A stretch of 50,470 nt of DNA, the filler included, from Bipalium vagum (Eukaryota), in assembly GCA_037834085.1 (NCBI GenBank). It is 3 parts of 3 records of this genome, joined end to end, with 100 filler letters (N's around TTAATTAATTAA, not from the genome) between each part and the next. Parts side by side here need not be neighbours in the genome. Positions count along the whole stretch, not along the records: positions 33,806 to 50,470 come from JBBMKC010099807.1; 2 more parts are not named here. One strand, 5' to 3'. Positions 35,780 through 49,329 of this stretch are shown piece after piece. The notes below the pieces were generated by a model. It worked only from the letters and a program-made list of their open reading frames with translations, was not told the DNA's origin and made no database searches. Position numbers and translations under genes: made by a program. Each line of letters begins with the position of its first letter. Position 1 is the stretch's first letter.

Positions 35780-37950
35780 TTTATTTAAAATAATCAAATA
35801 GGATCTTTTTTATCATTTTACGATGTAAATCCAATTTTCTTTTTTCTTCAAAATCCATGAATATATTCAAGATATTTTCATCACTTGATGTTTCAGTCGA
35901 TGATATAATCTCTTAATAGCATAAAAAGAGGCTAGAACTTAGTTGGTGTTGGAATATCTTTTAGTTGGAATATCTGATGTTTCTTTCGTTGATTCTACGT
36001 CTGAAGACATAGAATCACTTGATTTGAAAAGTTCCACAATATATTCAATGTTAAGCTTTTCCCACGGTTGAATATCTTTATCAAAATTAAAATATTTACA
36101 AGCTAATATTCAATCATCAAGTATGCTTTTATCGAAACAAATTTGAAATTCTTTTAATATTAAGATATTGCATCTAATGGTTGTTCAAAACCAGTTAACC
36201 CTGCATTAATTATTGAAGAACTTATTTCATTCTATGACTTCGTAATCATATACATGTATATAGAAACTGAGTTTTGAATATCTTTAAAATTGTCATGGAA
36301 TTGCTGTAAGTCGACCAGTTTTCTCATATAAAACTTCTTATACTGACAATTAAATACCCTTATAATATTATTATTTTAAGTATTATTTTATATAATAATT
36401 TAAACAATAATAGTTAAAACATAATGACCAATGAAAACTGAAAGAGAAAAAAGTTGATAAACAATAATCCTATTTTGTAAGACATTAAGTAATAATTATA
36501 ATAATGGCTTTTAATGAAAACTATCGTAAATATTATAATTATTATATTATTAAATATTATGAAGACGTTTTTCCAAGCAACATAACTCCCGTTATAATTC
36601 ATAAAAATTAATTCATTTAAAACAAATGGATGTAAAATTAAAATAATCGGAATTTGGAAAAAACCTTTAGTTTAATAAAATTATATTATTCCTTTCTTAA
36701 ATCTATAATAATAATGAAAAGAATTATACAAAAAAAACGTTCTTAATATCAATTTTTTCATTTTTAAGAATAACTATAAAATTAAAAAATTATTAATTAA
36801 CGGTTTTAATGACAATAATTGAATTTTTCTTTTGGAAAAATTTCTTTATTCACGATTTAATTAATAAACAGAGGAAAATGATGAAAACAAATTTTTGTTA
36901 ATATATTTTCGTTTCCAAATATCAATGATAAATTAACAAAGAAAATTACTTTAAACTTAAGAAAAAGGAACTTCCAATGATCACAGAATGGCGTTTATAA
37001 CAAAAAATTTTAATATGAAAGAAAAATTTTATTTATTTTTTCTAGAAATTAAAATTATATGTAATTTACTTTTTTATAAATGAAAATAAAAAAAAACCGG
37101 CCAGAAATATATCAGAGTCAGAATGAGAAATATTATTTGATAAAAGCCAATTCCACACGAAATCCTTTTGAAAGTTGTTTTAATGTTCATGCCTAAATAA
37201 AGCATGAATATAAATAAATAATAAATCAGTTATTTTTATTTTCCCGATTTCTAAAAACGATAACTATTTTAGGAAATTCATCAATTTACTGATAATTAAA
37301 AGACACAATCAAAATTTTGTTTTAATCGTTGACATTTATATCTCTAAGAGGTCTCAGACTTTGTTTTATCATTCAATAAGCAACTAGATTGATATTGATT
37401 CCCCTACCCTCCTGTTTGTTTTTGCCTACCTTTTCTCCAATTTTTTCTTATCAAATGATAAATGAGCTGATTTTTTCCAATTATTATTAAACTTTTGTGA
37501 CCATCAAACGGATGCGATCACATCCCCGTTAAAATAATAAGCTGGCTTAAACTATGGAAATATTTGGCATTTTCCGTACTTTCTAACAAAAGCTGAAATA
37601 AATTAATTTTTATAAAATGTTCTCAAAAACTAATTTAATTATTTTTCTATTGATATTTTCCTATTCAGCTCTGCGAAAGAGTTTTCTGTAACTAGTCCCA
37701 TTTATTTCTCCAAATGAGAGCGAGGGACTTTTATAAATCATCTTACTAAATTAATGGGTAAGCTGCTTATACTAGTTACAGTCTGATAACTTTGTTGTTC
37801 ATTGTATTTTCCAATTCCAAAACTCAAATTATGAGTATTCTTTCCCAGGTTTTACAGAGAAGAAAAATTGCTTCATTTAGTTTACATTATTTTTTTGGTT
37901 AAATTTGGTGAATGAGAAATTTTTAGAGAGAACGTCTATTTCATTACTTA
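35780..37950 (-). mobile_element. Scattered pogo/Tigger-like (DDE_1) transposase relics
   Basis: VFNCQYKKFYMRKL...ISSSIINAGLTGF (~36190-36357), AYYFNGD (~37525), KSLALIWRNKWD (~37700). Confidence 0.4.
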
Positions 37951-37992
37951 TAATAATGGGTTTTATTAAATAAAATAATAATAGAAATTAAC

Positions 37993-38132
37993 CTTATAAT
38001 ATGCAACAGCTCGAAGAGAAATCGTGGCTACATAGAGAGCATTGGTGGCAAAATCAAGAAGATTCCACATATCCATTATATAACATTTGACCCCGGCGAC
38101 CCATAGTTCTTTAACTTCTTGCCATATAAAAC
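37993..38132 (-). CDS. Internal exon of a TRPC-family (trp-gamma/TRPC4/5-like) cation channel, S2-S3 region; absent from the ORF track
   Basis: taAG|GT...AAG|GTTAAT boundaries; translation (G)[46 protein letters not shown] matches the TRPC GFIWxExKxxWxxG..Y..DWWNLMDF..N.LY.ATI.L motif. Confidence 0.92.
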
Positions 38133-38289
38133 CTTAATAAAATTATAACTTTAAGTAAGCTATTAATGTGAAATATATAATTATGTTTATATTTTAACCA
38201 TTAATATAAGTTAAGAGAAGGAATAAGGTAAAGCGAAATGCAAGAATACAAGTCTTGTAAGCCACTTTAGTATAAATTGATAAAAATAA

Positions 38290-39020
38290 TATTATTGGGT
38301 TTCATATGATTTTATATAATATGTCAGTGACTAGATTCCAACGACTGACAATATGCTCTTCTCATCTTTGTCGACTAGAACCATTTTCCCATAGAATACT
38401 GACATCCAATGAAAGTTGGTAATGTATTCTAAATGTATTCTATTCATTGGATATCTCCTACTGATTCCTTGCCACAAGTTCCAAAGACTGGACTGATCCT
38501 GAAAAAGCTTTTACTGTGGGTTTGATGGACTTGTGATGGAATCATTCATCAAGAGTTCTTAAAGCCGAAAGAAACAATAACCACTAACAATGGGGTCAAT
38601 TGAAAAAAGTTCATGAAAAACTGGCAGCATAGTGAATAGAAATAGGATTATATTTCTTCAAGACAATACTTAGCCGCATGTGTCAAAAAATATTGGCAAG
38701 AAAATTTAACTTTGGTGTACAGTTCACGTACAATCCACCATATTCCTCTGATTTTCACTTATTTCTTAATCTTGATTATCATTTGAGGAAAAACAAGTTC
38801 TCAAATGAAATGAATTAAAGAATGGAAGGATCAATTTTTTTGAATAAAAAACAAATTTCATGAAAATGGAATTACCAAGTTGCAAAACCATTGGGATAAA
38901 GTCATACAATGTCATGGATCTTATTTTAATGCATAAATACACTCTTTGACAAAATTAGTTGCCCATTGTATATTAGAATGAATATTACTTTATATTTTGT
39001 CATCATTATGCGTAATAATA
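38290..39020 (+). mobile_element. Mariner (DD34D) relic
   Basis: TSNESW, KKLLLWV*WTCDGIIHQEFLKP, IFLQDNT*PHV, PPYSSDFHLF, HWDKVIQCHGSYF. Confidence 0.8.
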
Positions 39021-40329
39021 AAACAAGGATATTTAACACAAAAATACTTATTTAATCAAATATACATTATGACATTACGAACATTCCAATGCATCCCCAT
39101 TTGACTGAAATATCGACCTTAATTAACATCAAAATTTAATCAATTACAATAATATATATATATAATATACAGATATATGTAATGGGCAAATAATTTTGTC
39201 AAAAAGTTTATATCTACAATTAAAAATGTTGACTTTTCCTTTCTTATTGAAAACCGGCAAGAACTTATTTAGACAACTAATAAAAAATTCTCTTAAATTT
39301 GGATTAGAAAAAATTGACAAAACAGATATAATTGATATAACTTCATATTTAATCTAATAAATATAATCCTCAATATTATATTATTTTTTATTTCCATCGT
39401 CATTATATATTAATCATTTTTAACAGAAAATCAATTTTCTGCTAGAAATATATATTCTGGAAACAATTATCATTATCAAGCTGGAATGATAACAAAAATA
39501 TAATATTAATATTTATTATAATATTTTTGTCAATATAATTTTTTAATATTTATTATTAATATTATTTTATATTTTTTTCATTATTTCGTTTTTAAATATA
39601 AAGATGAAAATATCAATATTGATTTATAGAGAAAACCAAATAGAAAACGATGACAGTAGTAATTAAAATAAAATATTATTTTCACAAAATCTCAAATTCC
39701 CAATCACATCAATAAAACAAAAGTAATAATCAACAATATTTGGTTTCACAAAGTGGAAACAAATGTGAAAATCTGAAATCTCACTGCAAATCGCAGTGTT
39801 AATGAGTTAGATTTTTTCTAATTTGATAATTATTTAGTGAAGAGGTCCTGTTTAATCACTTTAAATGATTACCGCCACAGTTAATAGGGCGACAAATGAA
39901 AATTCCATTATTACTGGAGTTCTAGGACGAGCCACGTATACCTCAATTCTTGTAATTCACGATTAACTTTTTTCACGCCGGCAATCTTTTAATGTCCACT
40001 TCTAACTTTTATATCGTCCATGATTTTTTCAAGTTCAAGGCAATGAGAAGGAAATTTTTCTAGTTGTCATAGAAATTAGCTATGCTTATTATATCATAAG
40101 TCTACAGTATTCCTAAATACTAACATCACCATGATAATGCATTCTCGAGGCATTTTTATAAGCTTTACAACTTAAGAAACTTAATATTACTATAATTTTT
40201 GATTATTTTAAATAATTCTAATAATCACATGACAATTTGAAATGAAATTGATTAAAAATCATTGCCTGATATTTCTGATTAAATCTCTGATATTAACATT
40301 CATTGCCAAACGATAAATTTGTGAAACCT

Positions 40330-41240
40330 ATGGAACTTATTCTGTGAGCAGTAAAAAATATTGATTTTCTCTTAGAAACTTTTTAATTTTTTTGATTTGG
40401 AAAACAAATTACTAATCATAAGACCTCAAAGTTTTCTTAATAAAACTTCAAGAACTGACTGAGACGAGTCAAGTCTAATACTGAAGAAGATGACAAAAAT
40501 TTTGGAAATACTCATGTGAAGTATTTTTGCACAACCAAAGGCTACACAACAAAATGCAAACAAGTAGTAATTTCGTCCCAAATCAATTAACCGGCATAAG
40601 TAACACTCAGTTTCTTCATTACTTTAAAAAGAAAGGTAGAAATGTTTGCTGTGAGAATCGCCGTTGTCGACGAAAGAAAGAACCAAATTTGGGATCAATT
40701 ATGAATGAATTCTGATTAATTGAAATCTACTGCAAAAAATAGATTCACAATAAAAAAGTGGAAAGTAAAATGAAGTCTTTATTCTGAACTTTAAGGAAAA
40801 GGCTCTAATGATCAATTAATGAAGTTCAGCAAAACAGTGGACAAAAAAGAGAATTGAAAGGTAATGAAGCAAGGTCAATTATCATATTATACAAAACCAC
40901 CAAACCTCAAGTGCTTCTTTCACTAAACCAGTAATGCAGCAATTTTATGGAAATTAATTAGGAAACCACATACATGCCATGATTTCACCATTTCCGATTC
41001 TTATGATTTCGATCACTACACAATGTTCTTGCAAATTAGCCATTTACGAAAAGAACGAATGAAAAATTTTGATTGATCTCTTCTTCGACTGAAGCCAAAA
41101 TCGTATTTCGTTAAGGTAAATCATTCATATTTCACCCCAAAAGGACTAGAGATGAAAGTGATAATAATTTTTAATAAAAATTATTCAATTATGCGATAAT
41201 TTTTGTTAAAAAGTTAAAAATTTTGCAATATTATGTAATG
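40330..41240 (+). mobile_element. Heavily decayed mariner relic
   Basis: Degenerate DLxxSDxxxFRSLHN-like and terminal blocks at ~40970-41160. Confidence 0.5.
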
Positions 41241-41639
41241 AAATAACAGATATATCAATAATAACCTAATAGTTACATTACACAACTTCCAATTAAATGA
41301 CAAAAAACATCCTATTTTCCTAGTAGTAGAATTAAATAATAAATGAATTATTTTCACTTGCTTTCTATCATTATATATAAATTAAAAGAATTTATATTTT
41401 CTTTCTTCAGTTAATATGCATGAATGCTGATAAATGGATATGTTTCAAGCATGTTAAAGATATAGAATATTATAAACTGTTTCTTTTTTATTGATTGTAA
41501 ACATTTATTGATTCTTTAAAATTAATATTTAACACAAAATTTTATAACATTTTCCTTTTCGATTATTTTTTGGTTGTGAGTTAAGTTACCTATATTAATA
41601 TTATCTTTTATTTATTCACATTTTGATAAAATGTATCAC

Positions 41640-41640
<1 letters not shown>

Positions 41641-41709
<69 letters not shown>
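41641..41709 (+). repeat. (TAA)23 microsatellite
   Basis: Read directly from the sequence. Confidence 0.95.
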
Positions 41710-41711
<2 letters not shown>

Positions 41712-42379
41712 TATACAGTTCATATCCACTGAAATTCTAAACAAATTAAATATTAATATATTTTAAATATTGGAAGAATATAAAATTTTATATTTTTAAT
41801 AATATATTACTAAATTAAAATGATTATAAAAATTTATAAAAAATATTTTATATGTAAAATTAATAAATCAACATTTGAAAATAATTATTCATTAAAACAA
41901 ATTATTTTGCCTATTTCTTGATTACATTTAACAATAAAGGTTAGTGAGTTATACAATTAAAATCAAAAGTCAATATGACCTTGGATTTTCAATAGAGATT
42001 TCAACTAATTATTGAGTATAATGTTTGGTAGTCTAAACCAATTTTCAATTTGATTATTTTTATATATAATATTTGATCATTTTAATAAAAACCTTAATGT
42101 ACTTCCGTTCTGAACCAATATTTGCAGTGATTTCCATATTCTCTCATGCTATTCTCATTATTGTACTCACACCAATACTCTTTAAACGGTTTTCCTTGTC
42201 TAACCATTAGCTTATTTTCATGAGATAAGATTGAGTCACAAAACATAACTTCATTTATTATAAGCATTTTGACGGAGAATATTTACTAATAATATGATAA
42301 TAATAATAATTAATATTTATTACTCAAAGTAATAAATATTTCAGATTTAAGATTTTAAAAATTGTATAATCTTTAGAAC

Positions 42380-42416
<37 letters not shown>

Positions 42417-42432
42417 TTCCTTATTAAATATA

Positions 42433-43714
42433 CACAGGTGGAAAAAAATGAGGCTTACACAAAAAAAAATATTTTTATAAAAATCTTTAAATTGGTTAAC
42501 ATTTATTACCTTTTTAATATTTAAGCTATTTCACATAATATGTATGTAATTTGGTGTTTTTGTTATAAATAAAATGACTAAGACACATTTAAATGTCGAA
42601 AGAAAAATTCGGATATGTGGCCTTTGTTACACAAAACTGTCATATCTTGACGTGCAGAATATTTTGAAGAAACATGATATTCAAATTCCATTATCCACAA
42701 TACAAAGAATTGGCTACCAGTTCAAAACAACAGGTTCTATAAAAAGAAAACCAGGCTCAGGCAGACCCAGAAAAACTACAAATCAAGATAACAAAAGACT
42801 GAAATTTGAGGTCATTAAAGATAGTAAGAAAACTAATACAAAATTAGCTGAGGAATTCAAAAATGGAAATAATGAAACAGTTTCTCGAAAAACAATTGCA
42901 AGACGAGTCAAAGAATTGGGGTTTGCGTCTATGCCTTGTTCAAGGAAACCATTTTATTCAAAAAATAATATTAAAGACAGATTAAATTTTTATAATCTTT
43001 ACGATATGTATGATTCTCAGTGGTTCTAATATGTGTTCTGGAGTGATGAATGTCGATTTGAACTTCATAGTGATGCCTCTGAACGCTGTCTTCGAAGATC
43101 AAGTGAAAAATATGTAACCTCAAAAAACATGGCGCTGGGGGAGTTATGGTTTGGGGAATATTCTCAGCATCTGGAGTTGGTGAACTTATACGATGTACTG
43201 GGTCAATTAATGCCAAAGAGTACCAAAGGATATTAGATATTGAATTGCTTCCAAGCATTGAAAAGTTATGCACGGAAAATGAAAGACAATATATTATTTT
43301 CCAACAGGACAATGCACCGGCGCACACAGAAAAACAACAAAATCATGGTTGAAGAAAAAAGGTGTACCGGTTAAGTTTTGGCCTGGACAATCGCCAGATC
43401 TTAATCCCATTGAGAATAAATGGTCATACATTAAGGCAAAACTAACCGGGAAAATTTTCAATACTCCTGACCAACTGTGGAAAGCAGTCTAGAAAGAATG
43501 GAAAATCATTAATACAGAACATTGTCAGAGACTATCACATAGCCTACCCAAACGGCTCAAGTTGCTTAAATTGGCCAAATGGAAATATATCCCTTATCAA
43601 TATTTTTTATTTAGTTAATGATATATTGTTTGAAAATTTTTGTAAAATTGTTAAAATAAATGTCATAATATATGATATAAATTATGTAGGCCTCGTTTTT
43701 TTGGTCCAGGTGTG
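42433..43714 (+). mobile_element. Full-length (~1.28 kb) but inactivated Tc1 (DD34E) transposon
   Basis: TA-flanked imperfect TIRs cacaggtggaaaaaaatgaggcttaca / cacacctggaccaaaaaaacgaggcctaca. Transposase from 42574 with [46 protein letters not shown]; stop at 43027 and frameshifts. Confidence 0.93.
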
Positions 43715-43849
43715 TACGTACTTTACTACAAAAGGTTTAAGATCTAAAATATCTAAAATATTAGATTGCACATATAAAAAGTCCGATTACACATTTCTAA
43801 CAAAGACATTCAAGACTTAATTCCGGTTAAATAGAAGTCCTCCTTTCTA

Positions 43850-44640
43850 GAATTTGTAAAGTCAGATATGGGGATTTCGGTAGCTGAAGATCAGCATAAA
43901 TTTTTTTTACCTAAGAATTTATCTAAATGATTAAAAAAATGATAATCCGTTGAACCCAAATCTCGTGAATATATGTGATGCTGCAGAACTTCAATATCCA
44001 ATCGCACTTAGCTTTTTCAACGTTTTCATGGAAACATGTAGTCGAGCATTATCTTGGAGCAGGATTACTCCTTTTCTATTCATCAGTGAGGACTGTTTAT
44101 TGCATGATTTCAATTTCTGACCAATATTTTTCTGATGTAATAGTTTCACCTGCATTTAGAAAAGAAAATTGATTAGACCAGTCATAGACCACCAAACGGT
44201 TATAATTATTTTTTTCGGGTACAAATTGGATTTTGGGAAGCGTTTTAGAGCCTCAGCAACCTCTAACCATTGAGTCGAACGTTTTCGATTGGTTAAGAGA
44301 ACCTATTTTGCATCGCATATTATAATACCATTGCTGAATAGTACGATAATTAGTAGAATGTTTTCCAAATGCGGAGTTAATATTGCGGGCGGCTTCTGAT
44401 GCGTTATATCGCAATCTCACTCACACCAAAAATTATTCTCATTTCCGCTTTTGTAATGGTAAACTTTGCTTACTAAAATATTTTTTGAATATTTGATATA
44501 TTTAAACAAAATAAAATATATCATACTGTTAAACTTGACCTTCAAAATGATATAAAAATCTTGCTATCTTAAATATTGACTGATCTACAACGTTTTTAAA
44601 AAAATCGACAAAACAAAAATTTCATATGGTACAACTGAAT
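43850..44640 (-). mobile_element. Mariner relic
   Basis: YNASEAARNINSAFG HTH block at ~44360-44410; further decayed transposase blocks downstream. Confidence 0.65.
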
Positions 44641-45426
44641 GCATAAAAAGGTTAAATTCAATAATGTAATTTATTTATTTATTGACAAAAAACATTAATT
44701 TAATTTTAGGTGATTGTTCTGGAAATGGAATTGAAAGGTGTCGTATATTGTCAGAAAAATTATGTTATGAGATAAATTTATTTTTTTCTTATTTGCGAGG
44801 AATGGTAATTGAAACAGGAAATGAAAAAATGTGAAATTTTCATTGAAATTATTTTTTGAGTATCTCCAACATTATTTAAATTTGTAATTTGTACCCCAGA
44901 GTTCCCAAATATATTAAAATTTTAAAATGTGGTTTAAAAAATCTTGGAATAATGTTCTGTAGTTAATACCTGCTCTTTATTTAATGTGATTTATTCTCCA
45001 TGTATTAAAAGTCGTTCCTGATTTCATAAAAGGTATACGTCGTTGGAACCTGAATCTTGTCTCTGTGGTGTATCTTCAAGAAATTCATAATTTTAATCAT
45101 TGAATTTCTTCCCAAAAACTTTTGTTTTGTCTTGATTAAAAGCTTTTTCTTTTTGTAAAAAATAATGTTTAAAAAATGTACATAAAGTTCATTCCAAAAT
45201 TCTGCAAAACACTGAATGTGATTATTTTACTTTATTTATCTGTCAATCAATCAATTTTTTTAATCAGAAAAATCTAATGATCTTTGCTGCCACTATCCAT
45301 TTTTAAACTGTTTGGAAATTGACCATGTCTAACATTTAAAGTCCAAATGAATGGTTGAAAAATGAAATGGATTTGAAATATTTGTCATATTTATCTTGAG
45401 GATAAGAAGAGTAAAACGTCAATATA

Positions 45427-45960
45427 CAGGGAGTCCGAAAAGTCATTGTGGACGGTAGGCCTTGGTGTTTATAAGGCGAAAGACAATCTTTAAAGTTTAA
45501 TTTCATATAAAATCATTTAGAAAAATTGTTCACAATGACTACCATCAACTGAGACATAAATTCACCCATTTTGCAATATTCAAAAATACGTTATTCAAAG
45601 CTCTCTGGTAATACTTTTTACTTCTTCAGTGATTTTTCTTAAAACCTCAATATTCGTAATTTCAGATTTCGTTCTTTAAATAGACTCCATAAATAGAAGT
45701 CAGTAGGTGTTAAATATGGTGAAAGTGGAATTCATCGAATTGGACCATATCTTCCGGCCCACCTGGTCGAAAATTCATCTTTAAGATGCTGTCACTCATC
45801 TTTTGAAAATTAAAAAAAATTTTGAAATATTAGAGACCGTCTTCCATACAATTTTCTCACTTCAAAAATTTCTCATCGATAATTTTGGCCTTTATCAGTC
45901 TCCAAATGAAAGAAATAAGGACCACCAAAAACCAACGATAACATAATAAAGGCGTTTATT
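45427..45960 (-). mobile_element. 3' part of a DD41D (rosa-like) Tc1/mariner element
   Basis: TIR TA|CAGGGAGTCCGAAAAGTC; GPYFF and FSTRWAGRYGPIR*IPLSPYLTPTDFYLWS. Confidence 0.75.
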
Positions 45961-46015
45961 TCCTAAATGAATTATTCTCGAAGAATATAAATTTTAATTA
46001 ATTAAATTAAAAAAT

Positions 46016-46609
46016 TTTGGTTTTAACAAAAAATCCTGTGATTTTATTAATTTTTGTTTTGTTTAACTGCGCTATTTTTATTATCGCTATTTGTATATTT
46101 ATTTGAATACCCTATTTCTGCTCTACAAAACTATTTTGATGAAGGATAATCGTCAAACATGCACAAAGATTGCTCGTCATCTTCAATCAATGAGTTTTTT
46201 CCCAAGACTGGGAACTTGGGTACCTTATCCCCTCACCGAAGTTATCCTATTTCATAATAATGTATCGCACACAGCTAACTGTATCAAACTTACCCTTCAA
46301 AGCTCGATATTCTCCGGACCTAGCTCCAACAGATTTTCATCTTTTCCGCTCGATGTCCAACTAAACGACGGGCTTTACATTCAATAATGAGTAAGACCTT
46401 AAAAAGTATCTGAGACTAAGCCAAAAGATTTTTGGAGTAATTGCATCTACAAACTGGTGGACAGGTAAGGACAGGCCATTACCAATGAAGGAGATTATCG
46501 TCACTGATTAATCTGTTATTATTATCTTAGAAAAATGGTACTTATATATTTTGCTTCTTGCTTATAAATGAATCTTTAAAAAATCAAGGGAATTTATGTT
46601 ACAACATAA
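46016..46609 (+). mobile_element. Internally deleted mariner
   Basis: LGTWVPYPLTE fused to VILFHNN, then YSPDLAPTDFHLFRSMSN; degenerate TIR pair. Confidence 0.8.
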
Positions 46610-47754
46610 TAAAATACACGTAAATATTTTAATTAAAGTTAATTTTTTATTTTATCTTTTTTAAATTTAAAAATATAAAATTTGTTTAAATAAAATTATT
46701 TCTTTATTTATTTTTTTCTTTTTATTCCTATTTTTTTAAACTTATGTATTTTCATGTATCTAGAGCATGAATATTAATTTTTTATATATTATCATATTCC
46801 CTATTAATATTTTCCACATATTCGTTTTAATTTCCGATTCTCAACATCAAAGATAAATATGATATTAAAAGAATATTTCTGAATTTGTCCCGATCTTGGC
46901 ATATATGTATATATAATATTTTATTTATATATTGTCAACAATAATATAATAACTGCAGAGGGTAATAATATAATTAATATGTTTTTAATAAGTGGAATTC
47001 ATTAAATGATAAAGAATGATAAATGTTCGCCTCATCCACAAGAGTGTCTTCTAAGACTTTTAATTCATCAGATGTGTCTCCTTCGACATAACTTAAACCA
47101 GTTTAAACATTGTTTTTTTTGAAAAAAAGTTATTTATTTTTGAAAAGAATTTTTTCTGATATGATGAAAAAGACGAAATTGCGCTTTCAGATTTCATTTT
47201 GATTTTTTGTTAATTGCTTTTGATTGCATTGTCTAAAAATGCGAAGATTGGAGGAATTTGTAAATAAATAAAAATAGAAAATTATTCAAAAATAAATCAG
47301 TTAGCACTATCCTACATAATTTTTTTTACAGATTTCAGAGTTTCCTCGTCTTGTAGCTCTCAGTCAATTTTTTAATATAAAACCAATTTATCTCTTTTAA
47401 TGTCAAGGATAAATTCGTTTGATTTCCCCTGGGATTTATCTTTTACACTTAATATAGCAGTTATTATTAATATTTTCTCTTCCATTATTTTCTCATTTGT
47501 TCTCAAATGATAAATAATTCAAAATTGAAGAATTTTTCACATTAAATGAAATTTAAATAAATTTACAATTTTTGTTTTAATTGCATTTATAAAGTTTTGA
47601 ATGGTTTCCTCTTGATAATTAAATTAAAGAATCATAAAAAGATATTATTTTCTTTATAGTTTACATTACTTATGTCATAGTTCTTAATTTAGAAAAAATC
47701 TTCGTCTTCGTAGCTATTGAGATTATCTCGGTTATATTGATAACTGCAAAGTCG

Positions 47755-47890
47755 AAGAATTGTTTAAAAATAAAAACTGTGACTCCAAAAGTATTGTAAT
47801 CTAATGCTGTTTATAAATTTCAATGTCATAGATATGGCCATTTATAGACACATCACCTCAGATTTCGAGTTATGGAGCATTTACAGAAAG
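47755..47890 (+). mobile_element. Penelope-like retroelement GIY-YIG endonuclease relic
   Basis: TPKVL*SNAVYKFQC...THHLRFRVMEH resembles SNVVYKFxC...TxRxLxxRIxEH. Confidence 0.5.
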
Positions 47891-48489
47891 ATAAAAAATA
47901 TTTGATTGAAAAGGGATGTGCAATAGTTGGCTACTTTGATGATGACAAGGAAAAGAAAAAAGAAGCTATTTAATAATCAAAAAATTTGGACCGAAAATTA
48001 ATTCACAAAATAGAGAACGCAACAATCAATGACTGATCGATGTTTTCTTAATTAACTTGTATTTTTTAAAGAATTATTTTAAAAAAGAGAAATATTGTAA
48101 GGGTAATATTTTAGATAAATAATTTTTAAAAAATCTTTATTTAAAAAATACTTTAAAACCTTTTCTTATCGAATAATAATGAAAATATTACTTTAAAAAA
48201 TGATGAATTTGATTCACTTTATTGATAATGTATAAGAATATTAAAATTGACTGGAAAAAACTGAATGAAAAAGATCTAAACAACGTATAGTATTAAACCA
48301 CTCTGAAAATATAAAATTAAGTAAAGTAAAATTATTTAGGTAGAAAACTATGTTCTTTTATTAAGTTATTAAGAAAAGCACTCATGAGGTCTTTCATATA
48401 CTGAATTCACGTCTGATTGCTTCATTTATATGAAGGAAAATAATATTTTGAAACTCACCTTTATTAAACCATAAAATTTCTCTTAACAG

Positions 48490-48603
48490 CAAAATGCCGC
48501 CAAGAATTAGCACTCATGGAGAAAAAGAAGTTTAAAAGAGAGAATAAATATCCAATTATTATTGTATTTTCTTTGATGAAAAAGAAAGAACGTTTTCTAA
48601 CAG
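48490..48603 (+). CDS. Candidate isolated exon of an unknown gene
   Basis: tttctcttaacAG| and ACAG|GTAAGT boundaries; 114 nt, open in phase 1-1 (KCRQELALMEKKKFKRENKYPIIIVFSLMKKKERFLT). Confidence 0.3.
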
Positions 48604-48899
48604 GTAAGTGAATAATCTGGTATTATTATTTAATTCCAATTAAAAATATACCGACTTTTTTAGGTTATTTATCAAAAACTGATATTTTAGTTTTCTTTAA
48701 AATATTTATTTAATTATTTATTCGCTGTATCAAGATATGACAGTTAAACTTAAAACTGTGTCAATCAAATCTAAAATTTCAACTAAAACACTATCGCTTC
48801 ATTTTACTAAACTAATACACTGATTCATTTTCCTTTGACATAAAGGGCGTCCCACATATTAGGGATTCAATTTAATGATAAGCCTTTTATATTTCAAAA

Positions 48900-49252
48900 A
48901 ACTAAACGTTCTATATTACAGGGTTACGCAGAAATATATAGAAAAAATATTCAAAATATATAGAAAATTATTTAGATATACCAAAAATGTCACAAAAGAA
49001 ATTAAGAGACCTGTGTTATGAAGTCTTGCCACATCAACAAATCCAAAGCGCGGCTACAAGGTATCATCTGTTCCGCTAAAAGGCATTCATTCTTTGATAA
49101 ATAGATAGCAGAGAGTAATTGAAACTGATGGAGATTATTTAATCATTCATTTTTGTATGTTAAATAATAAAATAATTTTTAAAATTTTTAGTAATAAAAT
49201 TTATGTTGAAGTTTGGTTGATTTTGGCTCATAATCAAACTGAATGACTAATA
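48900..49252 (+). mobile_element. 3' mariner relic
   Basis: EVLPHQ...YHLF and R*QRVIETDGDYF. Confidence 0.6.
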
Positions 49253-49329
49253 TATTGTTACTCTATTGTGTTTTTCTAAAATGATTCAGGATTTATTGTT
49301 ATTAATCTTTAATTTTATAAAAATAATTA

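Noticed and set aside
35559-36602. Short ORFs 35559..35750 and 36414..36602 (similarly 5083..5283, 43626..43820, 49702..49884)
   Set aside because: AT-biased F/I/K/N/Y-rich or antisense-to-TE frames without splice or motif support.
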